From NCBI GenBank assembly GCA_000004985.1, contig GG738899.1: DNA of 64,000 nucleotides. The stretch is one strand, 5' to 3'. Position 1 is the first letter of the stretch. Every line of letters starts with the position of its first letter. A program made the position numbers and the translations under genes. Shown piece after piece: positions 51,456-61,176 of this stretch. This stretch comes from Naegleria gruberi. Its lineage: Eukaryota. The notes beneath the pieces were generated by a model. The model ran no database searches and was not told the DNA's origin. It saw nothing but the letters and a program-made list of their open reading frames with translations.

Positions 51456-52293
51456 ATTAGTTGAACCACCAACCAAAACAACATCATCAATTTGTACACT
51501 GCATCTGTACCTGTACCTTATCTAAATATTCCCTACTTGAGGATCGTAAACACTTTTTTAGTATTCCAAAAGTTCAAGAAATGCTCAGAATTCTTTAATG
51601 GAAGGAATTGTGTAAATCAATCCAGATGAAGCAGTTGTTAATGGTGCTGCAGTTCAAGGTGTGTTTTAATTGGTAAATTCTCTTATCGATGTTACTCATT
51701 ATGATTAGATGCACCATCTAGAAGAGATTCATTAATACGATTGTTTTGAGATTCCACATTTCTCTTATTGGAAGAATCACTCAATTTTCCACATCTGAAA
51801 CAAGATTGATAACAAATTTTCAATTCATCCAAACTAAATTCCATATATAACAAGCCACTGACCACAATAAATAAAATAAAATTCAGAATGGCACCAATAA
51901 TTGGTTCAGTAAATTCAGCTCCAGTGTTCTGAGATTCTTGAACCAGATAAATTATTACCATTAATATAAAACATGGAAATACAATGGAAACAAATATCAA
52001 AAAGTTGGCATACTAAAATTGTTAATTATTTCCATATATATATTTAACTCACCCCAGTGTTCCAAATATTAATATCTGATACTTTTTTCATAGCTCTAGC
52101 GATAATTAATCCAACAATTAAAAATACTTTTTCATTATTGTTATGATTTACTTTCTAAAAAAGTATTACTTACTAAATATAGATAATAACAACCAAAGTG
52201 CAATAAATATTTTGACATATTGAAAAGCAAATGACTGAATAATAGCTATTGATACAATCCCTAATACTGAGAATATAATTGGTATAGCATAAA

Positions 52294-53313
52294 TCAATAT
52301 ACTATAAATGGTTTTTCTCTTATTGACAACGCCAAAACTATTCGTGACCAATTTCCTAACCAGGAGAATAAAGCCAAAAATAAGAAAATATGAAAATAAT
52401 CTGACACTATTACCACAATGGTTCTCTGGTAATTCTCAAATCTAAGGATGTATCTATACAAATAAGTTCCAAATTCACTACAAATCCTAAAAGTAATATA
52501 TAAAATAGTAATAATTGGATATAAGGATCTTAATTTGACACACTGAATGAGTTTAGGAATGAAAACTAAGAAGAATGCAATAATTAATTGACCAAATGTC
52601 AATATTATTGAAATGATACCAACTGCAAAAGTGAGATATTGCTTATTTGGAGAATAAAAACATTTTTCAAAGAATGCACTGTCATTAATAGAGCAAGCAC
52701 AAAAGTATGAAAATGGATATCTCAAAATTCCATTCACATTTGATTGATTAAATAAAAAAGGAAATCCAAAAATACTGTCTCCACAATAAAGCAATCTTGT
52801 TGGAAAATAATTAATCATCTCATGTAACATAACCAAATTAGGATTACATTCTTCTCGTTTCACCATTTTCCTATAAATTAAACTGTTATTTCCACAATAT
52901 TGACATGCATTAATCCATTCCTCTGCTGAACTATCCAATCTTCTCATCATATCAAGAGTAGCAGCATTTGCATTACACAACACTTCAAAGCAAGTTTGAT
53001 TTAAAGTTTTTTCTAATTTTCCAATTTTTTCACAAATATTAATTCTCGGAGATTGATAAATTAATTTGGTTGATTCGGAATCAATGGTTGGTCCTTTGGT
53101 TATTACTAGAGAGACATTGCTGGTGTATGAAACATCGAGACAATTGAAATTATTTGGAAGAAACTGATCTAAATCATATTTCGGAAAGAGAAACATTCGC
53201 CAAACGTTTTCAATTGTGCAGTTGGAGAAGAATACTTTCTCTGAACCATGGACTGTCAGATGGCAGGAAATGAGAAGGAATGCCGAGAGGATAAAGAGAT
53301 ACCTTGTTGACAT
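52294..53313 (-). CDS. Multi-pass membrane protein with a signal peptide and a Cys-rich N-terminal ectodomain; the gene model is incomplete and further exons probably lie in 51692-52351.
   Basis: Signal peptide MSTRYLFILSAFLLISCHLTVHG. Cys-rich region of about 170 aa, then hydrophobic helices. The overlapping or adjacent minus-strand ORFs 52166-52351 and 51692-52000 are also strongly hydrophobic, which suggests unresolved introns. Confidence 0.4.
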   Translation of the reverse strand: MSTRYLFILSAFLLISCHLTVHGSEKVFFSNCTIENVWRMFLFPKYDLDQFLPNNFNCLDVSYTSNVSLVITKGPTIDSESTKLIYQSPRINICEKIGKLEKTLNQTCFEVLCNANAATLDMMRRLDSSAEEWINACQYCGNNSLIYRKMVKREECNPNLVMLHEMINYFPTRLLYCGDSIFGFPFLFNQSNVNGILRYPFSYFCACSINDSAFFEKCFYSPNKQYLTFAVGIISIILTFGQLIIAFFLVFIPKLIQCVKLRSLYPIITILYITFRICSEFGTYLYRYILRFENYQRTIVVIVSDYFHIFLFLALFSWLGNWSRIVLALSIREKPFIVY

Positions 53314-53451
53314 TTTTTTACTTTGAGCTTTTCAAACTCCGAACTAATTTGAATTAGTTAGAAAAGAGATGGAAGATAAATAGATTCATATTATTTCTTA
53401 TTCTTAAATTCGGAAAGAATATGACAAAATATCCTCAGCAGCTTGAGGTCT

Positions 53452-56241
53452 TTAATTTTTGATATCCATTTCAGAGAACATGTCTATTTCATCCCAATTT
53501 GAGTTTTCGACATTTTCTTCCTCTTGCAGTATCTTTGAAAGATTACTTTCTTTTGGAGGTTCTTCTTCTTGTGGTGCAGTTGGCAGAGTTGGTTCTGGTT
53601 TCACTTGACTCTGTGTAATCTTTGATTTTGGAGGTTTTCTTTTACCACCTCTTGATGATGGGCTAGCTGTTGTTTTTGTTGTTCCAGCAGTTGGTTTTGG
53701 TGAAGTTTGGACAGTTTTAGGTGTGCTTTCTTGTTCCTTTGAGAAATCTTTGAAGAAATCTTCTTCCTCATCGTGTGGTGTGTATGAATCATCTTCCATA
53801 CTATCAAATCCAAGACCCTTCTTCTTCTTTTGGGAGGAGCTGGCTGAACTTGGAGATGGTTGAGGGTTGTTTTGCACAATTGTTGTTTCTTGTGGAATAG
53901 CTTTAACTGTTTCAACAACTTGAACAGACTTTTCTTCATCATCTGACCAATTCTTCCATTCCTCGTCTTCGCTGTGGGCTGGACTAGAATGGGATTGAGT
54001 CTGTTGAGCTACAGCTTCAATAGACTTGTTGGATGCTGTTTTGATTAATTGTAGTCTTGATTGTTGTTGAGATTCTACTTGAGCTTCAGGTGTCTTCTCT
54101 TGTGGTTGAGGATTGAATTCTTTCTTGACAACTGCTGGGGAAGACGGTGGAGTATTTTCAGTAGAACGTCCACCTTCATCTATTGAAGATTTTGATTGTT
54201 GATCACTTTCAGAGAATTGGATTACATGTTTTGGAGATTGACCAGAGAAGATTTCAACTCGAACAAGTTCTTTTTGAGATTGTGGAGGGAAGAATGGTGT
54301 AACATTTGTAATACCATCATTTGCTGAGGTAATCATTCCTAAATTACATCGGGAAAGATCAGATTCTGACAAGTACTCTAATGCAACTTTCATTACTTGG
54401 GTAGCTTTTGATCTGACTTGTTCCTTTTCATGGAGAGTTAATGGAAGTACAGGTTTCATTACATAGGTCATGAGTTCTCTTGGATCAAATCTCGACATGT
54501 GAATTAAAATTACATTCAAAGCGTGTACTTTGAGTTCTGAAATATCCTTATCAAACAAGTTAGAGTGTAAAGCTGTTAAAATTATTCCCTTATTGGCTCC
54601 AGGTAAATTCCATAATTCCAAAAGGCATAAAAGAGCATGAGATCTCAAAGCAATAACACTTTCAATGGCTTTTTCCTTATCAACTTCTTGGCCAATTCTA
54701 GGGAATGAGTTTTGTACAGCATAATGATGAAGGGAAGGAAGGAATTGATTATTAATAATTTCTATTCCAGTGGTGGATTGAGTAGATTGATCAAGTTTGG
54801 AAAGGTACTTGGAGAAGGCTACACAGGCATTCATAGTGAACATGACAAGTTCATTACTAGAGTCTTTGATGGCCTTCATTATTTCTGGAATAACTTCTGA
54901 AATGGCTACACTAGGAGGAATTTGATTTTGATAATATTCCAAGGTTTGAAGTATCCTAATTCTTAAACTATAATTCTTACTAATATAACATTTACGAATA
55001 AAAGTAAGAATGTGCTCATCGTAATCCTTGCCAGATAAGATACCATCAATTCCTCTCTTGGATGACTCTTTAGCTGAGAACAAGTGAGCCAAAAAGGTAC
55101 CTGAGGCAGGCTCTGTAACGAACGGAAGAGTTGTCATTCTTGGCAAAATTCTCTTTTTAAAAAGTGAAAGAGACAATTTGTTAACTTGGCTCTTGAGTTC
55201 CTTAAAGAAAGATTCCTTTTCAGATGCCTTTTTCAATCTCATATCATCAAAGAATAGCATAATGCTACAGAGTGGATCTTGTTCAAAAAGTTTCAGTTTT
55301 AAAAAGCTGGCAAAGGTAGCTCTTGATTGAGGTTCACTTTCAAGTGCCTTTGACATCCAAAATTTGATGGCTGGTAATTTCAAAAAAGATTGATAGTTAA
55401 CTTCGTTAGGAACGTTATTCTTCTTGCAGCTTTCTTCAATTTCTGCGAATATCTTGGATACTAATTTTTCAAAAGCATATACATCTCTACATGTACTTGT
55501 ATATTTTTGGAATTTCTTCATTCCTTCTTCTGGAGTAATAGTTTCAGAGTATCTAATTTCCTTAGTATTTTCGTAAAAATCCTTATCAATATTACTAAAT
55601 TCCATAGCAAATTGGAAATCACCAAGCATCCACCTCATTTGTTTATCTTTTGTCACATAAACAGAATCCAAATGAACATTATTAAATGTAATTTGGCATT
55701 GATCGTTCAAAAAATTGAGAGCACTCTGAAAAAGATGTGAGATGACTATTCAAACTAAAATACTCACAGATATTTGAAGTAATCCCAACAAAATTTCCGA
55801 CATTTCCAATGATGGCAAAACAGATCTGAGGGGTACAACAGGCTCTGTAGCTATATAAAAGTGTGAATTATTCAACTCAATGTCATCAACATATTTCAAA
55901 ATTGATGGATGTCTAAGAGTTTTTAAAAACTTCATTCCTCTTCTAGCACACTCAATAATTGTTTTTGCAGGTTCCTCATCCAATGGTGAAATTTTAGTTT
56001 TTGGCTTTTCCGCAGTTTGATTATCATTTTCATTCTTTTGTTGTCTCAAAATCTTTGGTAAATCTTTAGCTTGTTTATCCGTTAATTCAAATTCAAAAAC
56101 AGAAACATTTCTATTATCACTTTGAACATTCTTCTGAAAAACACCATCATATAATTTCCAAAATTTAAATCTCTTATCCGTATCAACCAATGGAACTGGT
56201 TGGAGGGATGAAAACTTTTGTGAGACGTTAGAATTTCCCAT
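53452..56241 (-). CDS. SCY1-like pseudokinase / HEAT-repeat protein (about 915 aa), at least two exons join(complement 55768..56241, 53452..55725).
   Basis: The exon 1 product MGNSNVSQKF ... ARRGMKFLKTLRHPSILKYVDD ... IATEPVVPL ... EILLGLLQIS matches the SCYL N-terminal pseudokinase. A 42-nt intron (GTGAGT donor, TTTTTCAG acceptor) joins it in phase 0 to SALNFLNDQCQITFNNVHLDSVYVTKDKQMRWMLGDFQFA (compare SCYL1 HGNITPENIILNKSGAWKIMGFDF). A long HEAT-like region follows, then a Ser/Pro/Gln-rich acidic tail. TGA of exon 1 at 55750-55752 is bypassed by the splice; the final stop is TAA at 53452-53454. Confidence 0.75.
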
Positions 56242-56488
56242 CTTGTTGATTGTGATGATGAAAAAAGCCTTCGGAAAAGTAAGCTTTCACCTTGTTGGTG
56301 TTTTATTTTTTTAAATAATAATAAAATTAATCGTTGTTACAGTATGATGTAATATTGCTTCTAATTAGAAGGTTACAGTTATTAGAAATGTTGTTGTTTG
56401 ATTGTAAAATAATAATCAAAATACTATAGTAATTTTAATTAAATATATTAAATTATTAAAAAATTTGTCGCAATATTAAATTGGATCC

Positions 56489-56995
56489 ATGAACAAGCCT
56501 TCCTTGTTGCAAATTTTGTTCAAACGTCATTCGGTGGGAACTCTCAAACCAACCCGTTCGTTGTTGGATCAGTGGATTGGAAAATTCTCTGAAAAGATTC
56601 ATGATAAAGTTTGGAATCAATGGTTTACAGTTTCATCAATTTACAAGACACAATTAATGTTCGGAAATGTTGAATCTCTTGAGGATGGAAAATATGAGAA
56701 GCAAGTTATGAAGGAAAGATTATTATTCTATCAAAAACAAAAACGATTATTATTAAAGAAGGCTAAGGAAAGATATCAGGAACAACTTTTGATGGATGAG
56801 CTAGCTGTTCTCAATGCAGATATATTTGATGAAATTGATAGAAAATATAGAAAGAAAACTCTTGGTGATAGAGTTGAATTTTGGAAGTTGTTTTTCAAGT
56901 ACTTGTTCACAAAGAAGGAGAAACCATTATTATTGCTTTCCGATGTCAAGGATTATGATAAATATGCAGAGGAATTCAAGATTAAATCATCATAA
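56489..56995 (+). CDS. Hypothetical basic protein (168 aa); the N-terminus looks like a mitochondrial presequence.
   Basis: ORF ATG..TAA; Lys/Arg-rich, no named domain. Confidence 0.4.
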   Translation: MNKPSLLQILFKRHSVGTLKPTRSLLDQWIGKFSEKIHDKVWNQWFTVSSIYKTQLMFGNVESLEDGKYEKQVMKERLLFYQKQKRLLLKKAKERYQEQLLMDELAVLNADIFDEIDRKYRKKTLGDRVEFWKLFFKYLFTKKEKPLLLLSDVKDYDKYAEEFKIKSS

Positions 56996-57074
56996 CAATT
57001 TAATTTGTGTTTTGGAATGAAAAGAATAATTCAGATTGAGTGTAATAACTAAAGGAGAAAGAGAAGAACATGTT

Positions 57075-58214
57075 TTATGAAGCAGTTTCTATGGTCAAAT
57101 CAATAAAAAAGGAAGATCTATCATTGAGCAAGTTCTTAAAGTTATCATTGAGTTTTTTCTTTTTAGACGAGTTCTTTTTTGCCATACTAACCAATGAAAA
57201 GCCATGTCCATATTTCACATCTATAAAGTTGAATCTTTCCAACAGTTCACTCAAATATTCATGTACTGTTGAGCTATTGTATTTTGGCTCTTTTAGACCT
57301 AACTGATTATTTTGGTTAGCTCCACAACAATAAATCTTATTATTCTGTTTATCAATCTCAAAATATGATAAATAGGAAGGTAGAATCTCAAAGGTAGATT
57401 CTTTAAATTGACTTAAATCAGTTGAATAACCATGACTATAATAAGATTTTGCGGTTCCATCCTTCAAGTTCTTGATTTTAAAGCAACTGGCTGAAATTAG
57501 ATCATAAAATACATAATTTGGAGAATTCAATGTTTCTATCCAAGCAGAACCAGAATAAATAAATATTCTTCCATTTTTAGTGGTAAAGGCAAATGAATCC
57601 ATTGATCCAAGCGCAATTTCTGAAATTTCAGAATATCCAAATCGTTGTAAAACATCAAATTCCTGTATTCTACCCTCGCAATTCAAAACAATAAACCTCT
57701 TATCAATTACAGTCAATATAGTATTTTCAAAAGTCTCTAAATGTGTGAATTTTTCTTGACCAGGTTTTAAACTCAGTTCCTTGAATGGAATAAACCATGA
57801 TGATTTAATGGTTTTCCCTTTTCCACAATCATATTCTCCAGATATCATAATTTTTTTCCAATCATTGCAAATAAGTACTGAATGATTTCTTCCACAAGCA
57901 AACTCATTCACACAAAACGTTTTCACAACTACTTGTTCACACTTTTCCTTTTTTTTCTTTCTATTCTTATCTGGATTCAATCTTTCCTCCTTTCTTTTAT
58001 CTTTCCTCCTCTCCTTCTTATTCTTAATTTCATATGAAACATTACTTTTCGAAACTCTTGTATTCAAATTATCCTCCATAATCTCACCAATATCAAATAG
58101 ACATGGATTCCATGCCGAGACGTTTTTAGCCTTTGAAGAACATGCACATTGTCCCTTGGAATTTCCTCCGAATGAAAATAATTCACCAAATTTTGCTAAT
58201 TTAATAATCATCAT
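57075..58214 (-). CDS. RCC1-like repeat protein (379 aa) with a Lys-rich basic insert.
   Basis: Repeated RCC1-type motifs: FSFGGNSKGQCA, FACGRNHSVLI, YCCGANQNNQLGL. Beta-propeller-like periodicity. Call based on motif resemblance only. Confidence 0.45.
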   Translation of the reverse strand: MMIIKLAKFGELFSFGGNSKGQCACSSKAKNVSAWNPCLFDIGEIMEDNLNTRVSKSNVSYEIKNKKERRKDKRKEERLNPDKNRKKKKEKCEQVVVKTFCVNEFACGRNHSVLICNDWKKIMISGEYDCGKGKTIKSSWFIPFKELSLKPGQEKFTHLETFENTILTVIDKRFIVLNCEGRIQEFDVLQRFGYSEISEIALGSMDSFAFTTKNGRIFIYSGSAWIETLNSPNYVFYDLISASCFKIKNLKDGTAKSYYSHGYSTDLSQFKESTFEILPSYLSYFEIDKQNNKIYCCGANQNNQLGLKEPKYNSSTVHEYLSELLERFNFIDVKYGHGFSLVSMAKKNSSKKKKLNDNFKNLLNDRSSFFIDLTIETAS

Positions 58215-58641
58215 TCATCATTTAATTGTATACTAACATTTCATCATTATGTGATTAACTCCACATTTGACATCAAAAATAATTATATCCGATGGTAGAC
58301 TTGGTAATTTACAAAAACTTGTAGAATGCCATACTTGACTATTGTGACCACTTATCTTTTGATGATTTAGTATAAATTAAATTGTTGTTGTGGTATATAT
58401 TTCTACCTACATAGAAAGCAAGCTCTTCCCCTTCATTACTTGTTGACATTTTTTTCAGTTCCAAAATTGAATTTTTATTATTATCTTGTTGTAAAGTTAA
58501 GAATACAAATAATGAAGGATGCATTGACTATGGTAATGTAAAAGTATCATCCAAAATGCTAATGAAACATAAAAAAGGAGGAACTCCATATGAATAGAAT
58601 GTATTGTTGCTATAAAGAAGTTATTTTCATCATGAATAACA

Positions 58642-58713
58642 TCCCGTGTAGTCCAATGGCTAGGATACCTGGCTTTCACCCAGGAGGTCCGGGTTCAATT
58701 ACCGGCATGGGAG
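58642..58713 (+). tRNA. tRNA-Glu (anticodon UUC), copy 2, with a T-stem mismatch.
   Basis: Identical to copy 1 except a C to A change (CAATTACCGG versus CAATTCCCGG) that creates a G-A mismatch in the T-stem. About 45 bp of upstream flank (TGTATTGTTGCTATAAAGAAGTT.TTTTCAT.ATGAA.AACATCCCG) and the downstream GGATAATTTTAA are also conserved with copy 1. Confidence 0.75.
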
Positions 58714-58830
58714 GATAATTTTAAACTTTTGGAAATCAATCCTCAAGGAATCCGCTTGTTGATGACTTTATTAAGGGTGATGATTCATCAAAGCAGAATC
58801 TTATAAACTAAGAATTTACTCCATTAATGT

Positions 58831-59370
58831 TTAAATATTGGATTCAAATACTCGTCTCTTCTCTAGTTTTGCCTTTCCGAATTCAATCACATATCCCACA
58901 GATTTAATCTGATTCAACAACAACAAGACAAACGACATTGAATTCAAAATAAGATGGGAGGTGCCAGCAAAAGGACCAAGATAAAAACAAGAATGCACAA
59001 AAGCAACAAAATTAACAAGGCTGTACATAAACATTCCAAGTGGATCTCTGGTTGCCATCGAATAAAAACCACATGCAACTCCAGCCATAGATAACAAGAG
59101 GATCCATACCGGTTGGGAGGTGTTAAACAAAAACAATACTGACAATACAAAAATTAAGAACAGTTGGAATGAAAACATATTTGCCAAGTTTGCCAAATTA
59201 GCTGGTCTGTTGTATTGCTTTTTCTGTACCACTTCAATAAATTGTTCAATGTACTTTGCGAACATATCATAGAGTGGAGTTTCGCTGTGGTTAGTGGTAT
59301 TGTTATTCATTTCTCCAATAGGTGCTGAAGGTGATGCTTCCAATGTTTGATGAGCTTCGGAATTGTTCAT
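58831..59370 (-). CDS. Hypothetical small membrane protein (179 aa) with four predicted TM helices arranged as two hairpins (PRA1/Yip-like topology).
   Basis: ATG at 59368-59370; four hydrophobic segments; no confident family assignment. Confidence 0.4.
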   Translation of the reverse strand: MNNSEAHQTLEASPSAPIGEMNNNTTNHSETPLYDMFAKYIEQFIEVVQKKQYNRPANLANLANMFSFQLFLIFVLSVLFLFNTSQPVWILLLSMAGVACGFYSMATRDPLGMFMYSLVNFVAFVHSCFYLGPFAGTSHLILNSMSFVLLLLNQIKSVGYVIEFGKAKLEKRRVFESNI

Positions 59371-59772
59371 TTGTTTTTTAATAGAGATGTGTTCTTTACT
59401 GCAACGTGTTTTTTATGTGACATAATTATATCTTCCTTTTCAAAAGTCTCCGCTTCACTAAATTACAGTTGCTTTTCAAGCTTATTCGTCATGTCAACTA
59501 TTTTCTTAAGCTTAACATTCTCTGGTTGTGTTATATTATTGTAACGTGGTAATGAAAGCTAGTCTATTGCTCATTCATATCCTGTGTTTAGCTGTTTATT
59601 AGAGAGTCAACCAATTCCTTAATAGCTTCAATGCTACCAAGTTATCGTTGATGATATATTAGAACACGATTAGTTTTTGAACAAAACACGTGTTTCTGAA
59701 ATTGGAACAAAACGTGTTATTGGGTTCTTTAAAGTTCAACAGCAGCAATTTTGATTTCAACAACAATAAAAA

Positions 59773-60813
59773 ATGTCACAAGAACTTGTAGCCTTGGAAG
59801 CAGCCTATCAATACATCTATTTATTCGGAGGAGGTATTTTAGCCTTCATTGTATTGAGAATTATATTGAATTGTATAATAACAGTCTCAACGAATGAAGT
59901 TGTTCTAGTTGAATATTTGGGAAAGTATTCGAGAACATTAACGAGTGGTTTTCATATTCTTCTTCCGTTTGTAGAATCAGTGAAGGAAGTAACTTGGATA
60001 AGAACCATTGAAGATACTCTAACAAGAAGAACTAAATTGAGTACAGTTAGAACAGGTAGAATTTCAACATCAGAAGTAATGTTTGATTTTCCTGCATTGG
60101 ATGTCAGTACAAAGGATAGAATTATTGCCAAAGTCAATGGTATTATGTTTTTCAAAATTGTTAATCCATATAAGGCAGTTTATGAAATTTCTGATTTGTA
60201 TCAATCGATGGAACAATTAGTTTATACTTCAATGAGAGATGCCATTTCAAAGATTACACTCGATGAAGCTATTGAAGGTAAATCTACAATCAAAGCTTCT
60301 ATTCATGAAGATTTTAAAGGATTGGAAAATTCTTGGGGAGTTAAATTGACCAAATTTGATATTCAATCAATTGAAGCTCCAGAATCTATTCAAAAGAGTA
60401 TTGAGAAATTAGTTTCAGCCCAAAGAGAAGCCCAAGCCGAATTGGAAAAAACACGTGCCTTACAAGAAGCTAAAAAGCTCAAAATTCAAACAGAACAAGA
60501 AATTCAATTACTGGAATGTGACGCCAAGAATAAGCGAAACATTATGGAAGCCAACACTGAAGCACAAGTTTTGAAAGCAAAGGCAGAATCAGAAGCTATG
60601 AATATTGAAAAGATGGCAAAAGCTGAAGCTATCTATTTGGAAAAAATTCTTTCAGTTAAAGGTATTTCACAAGAATATTTACTTCAAAAGGAATACACCA
60701 AGTCAATTGAGCATTTAGCAAAGTCAGGAAATAGAACATTTATAATTCCATTCGAAAGTGCAAAATATTTTGGCATGAACAATGTTTCCTCTCTTCAAGA
60801 AGTTCAACAATAA
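59773..60813 (+). CDS. SPFH / band-7 (stomatin-prohibitin-flotillin) domain protein with an N-terminal TM anchor and a C-terminal coiled coil (346 aa).
   Basis: TM ILAFIVLRIILNCIITV. SPFH core NEVVLVEYLGKYSRTLTSGFHILLPFVESV ... IMFFKIVNPYKAVYEI ... SMRDAISKITLDEAI ... LENSWGVKLTKFDIQSIEAPESIQKSIE. EA-rich coiled-coil tail. Coordinates taken from the ORF track. Confidence 0.8.
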   Translation: MSQELVALEAAYQYIYLFGGGILAFIVLRIILNCIITVSTNEVVLVEYLGKYSRTLTSGFHILLPFVESVKEVTWIRTIEDTLTRRTKLSTVRTGRISTSEVMFDFPALDVSTKDRIIAKVNGIMFFKIVNPYKAVYEISDLYQSMEQLVYTSMRDAISKITLDEAIEGKSTIKASIHEDFKGLENSWGVKLTKFDIQSIEAPESIQKSIEKLVSAQREAQAELEKTRALQEAKKLKIQTEQEIQLLECDAKNKRNIMEANTEAQVLKAKAESEAMNIEKMAKAEAIYLEKILSVKGISQEYLLQKEYTKSIEHLAKSGNRTFIIPFESAKYFGMNNVSSLQEVQQ

Positions 60814-61176
60814 CTTTCATATTCTCTTTAATAATACTATTGGACTGCGTTTGTTTCTCAAGAGGTTATTTCTATCTTTGAATATTTAATTGTTGGTATA
60901 AACTAAATATTGTAGTTGTTTTGTAACATTAAATACAATTGTGGCCCAAAGTACCATGTATTGGTGAACTTGGTTGAAATTATAGAAAAGCATCTTGTTT
61001 AGAAATATTCGAAATTAACCTAAAACCATACATCCTTACTCAAAAGGAGAGACATTGAAAAATAAACAAGGGGTTTGGTTACTTGTTAAAAACATGGTTC
61101 GATATAGTTGACCACCACAACATGGCACATAATTTCGAAAGAACAGAAGAAACCATCTCTTTAAAAAACAAACAAG

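Noticed and set aside
51236-53942. ORFs 51236-51499 and 53601-53942, which share RRRVLDLIVWK, as a candidate small-protein family
   Set aside because: Both are out-of-frame translations of the duplicated 3' end of the SCY1-like gene; the real frame encodes its acidic C-terminus.
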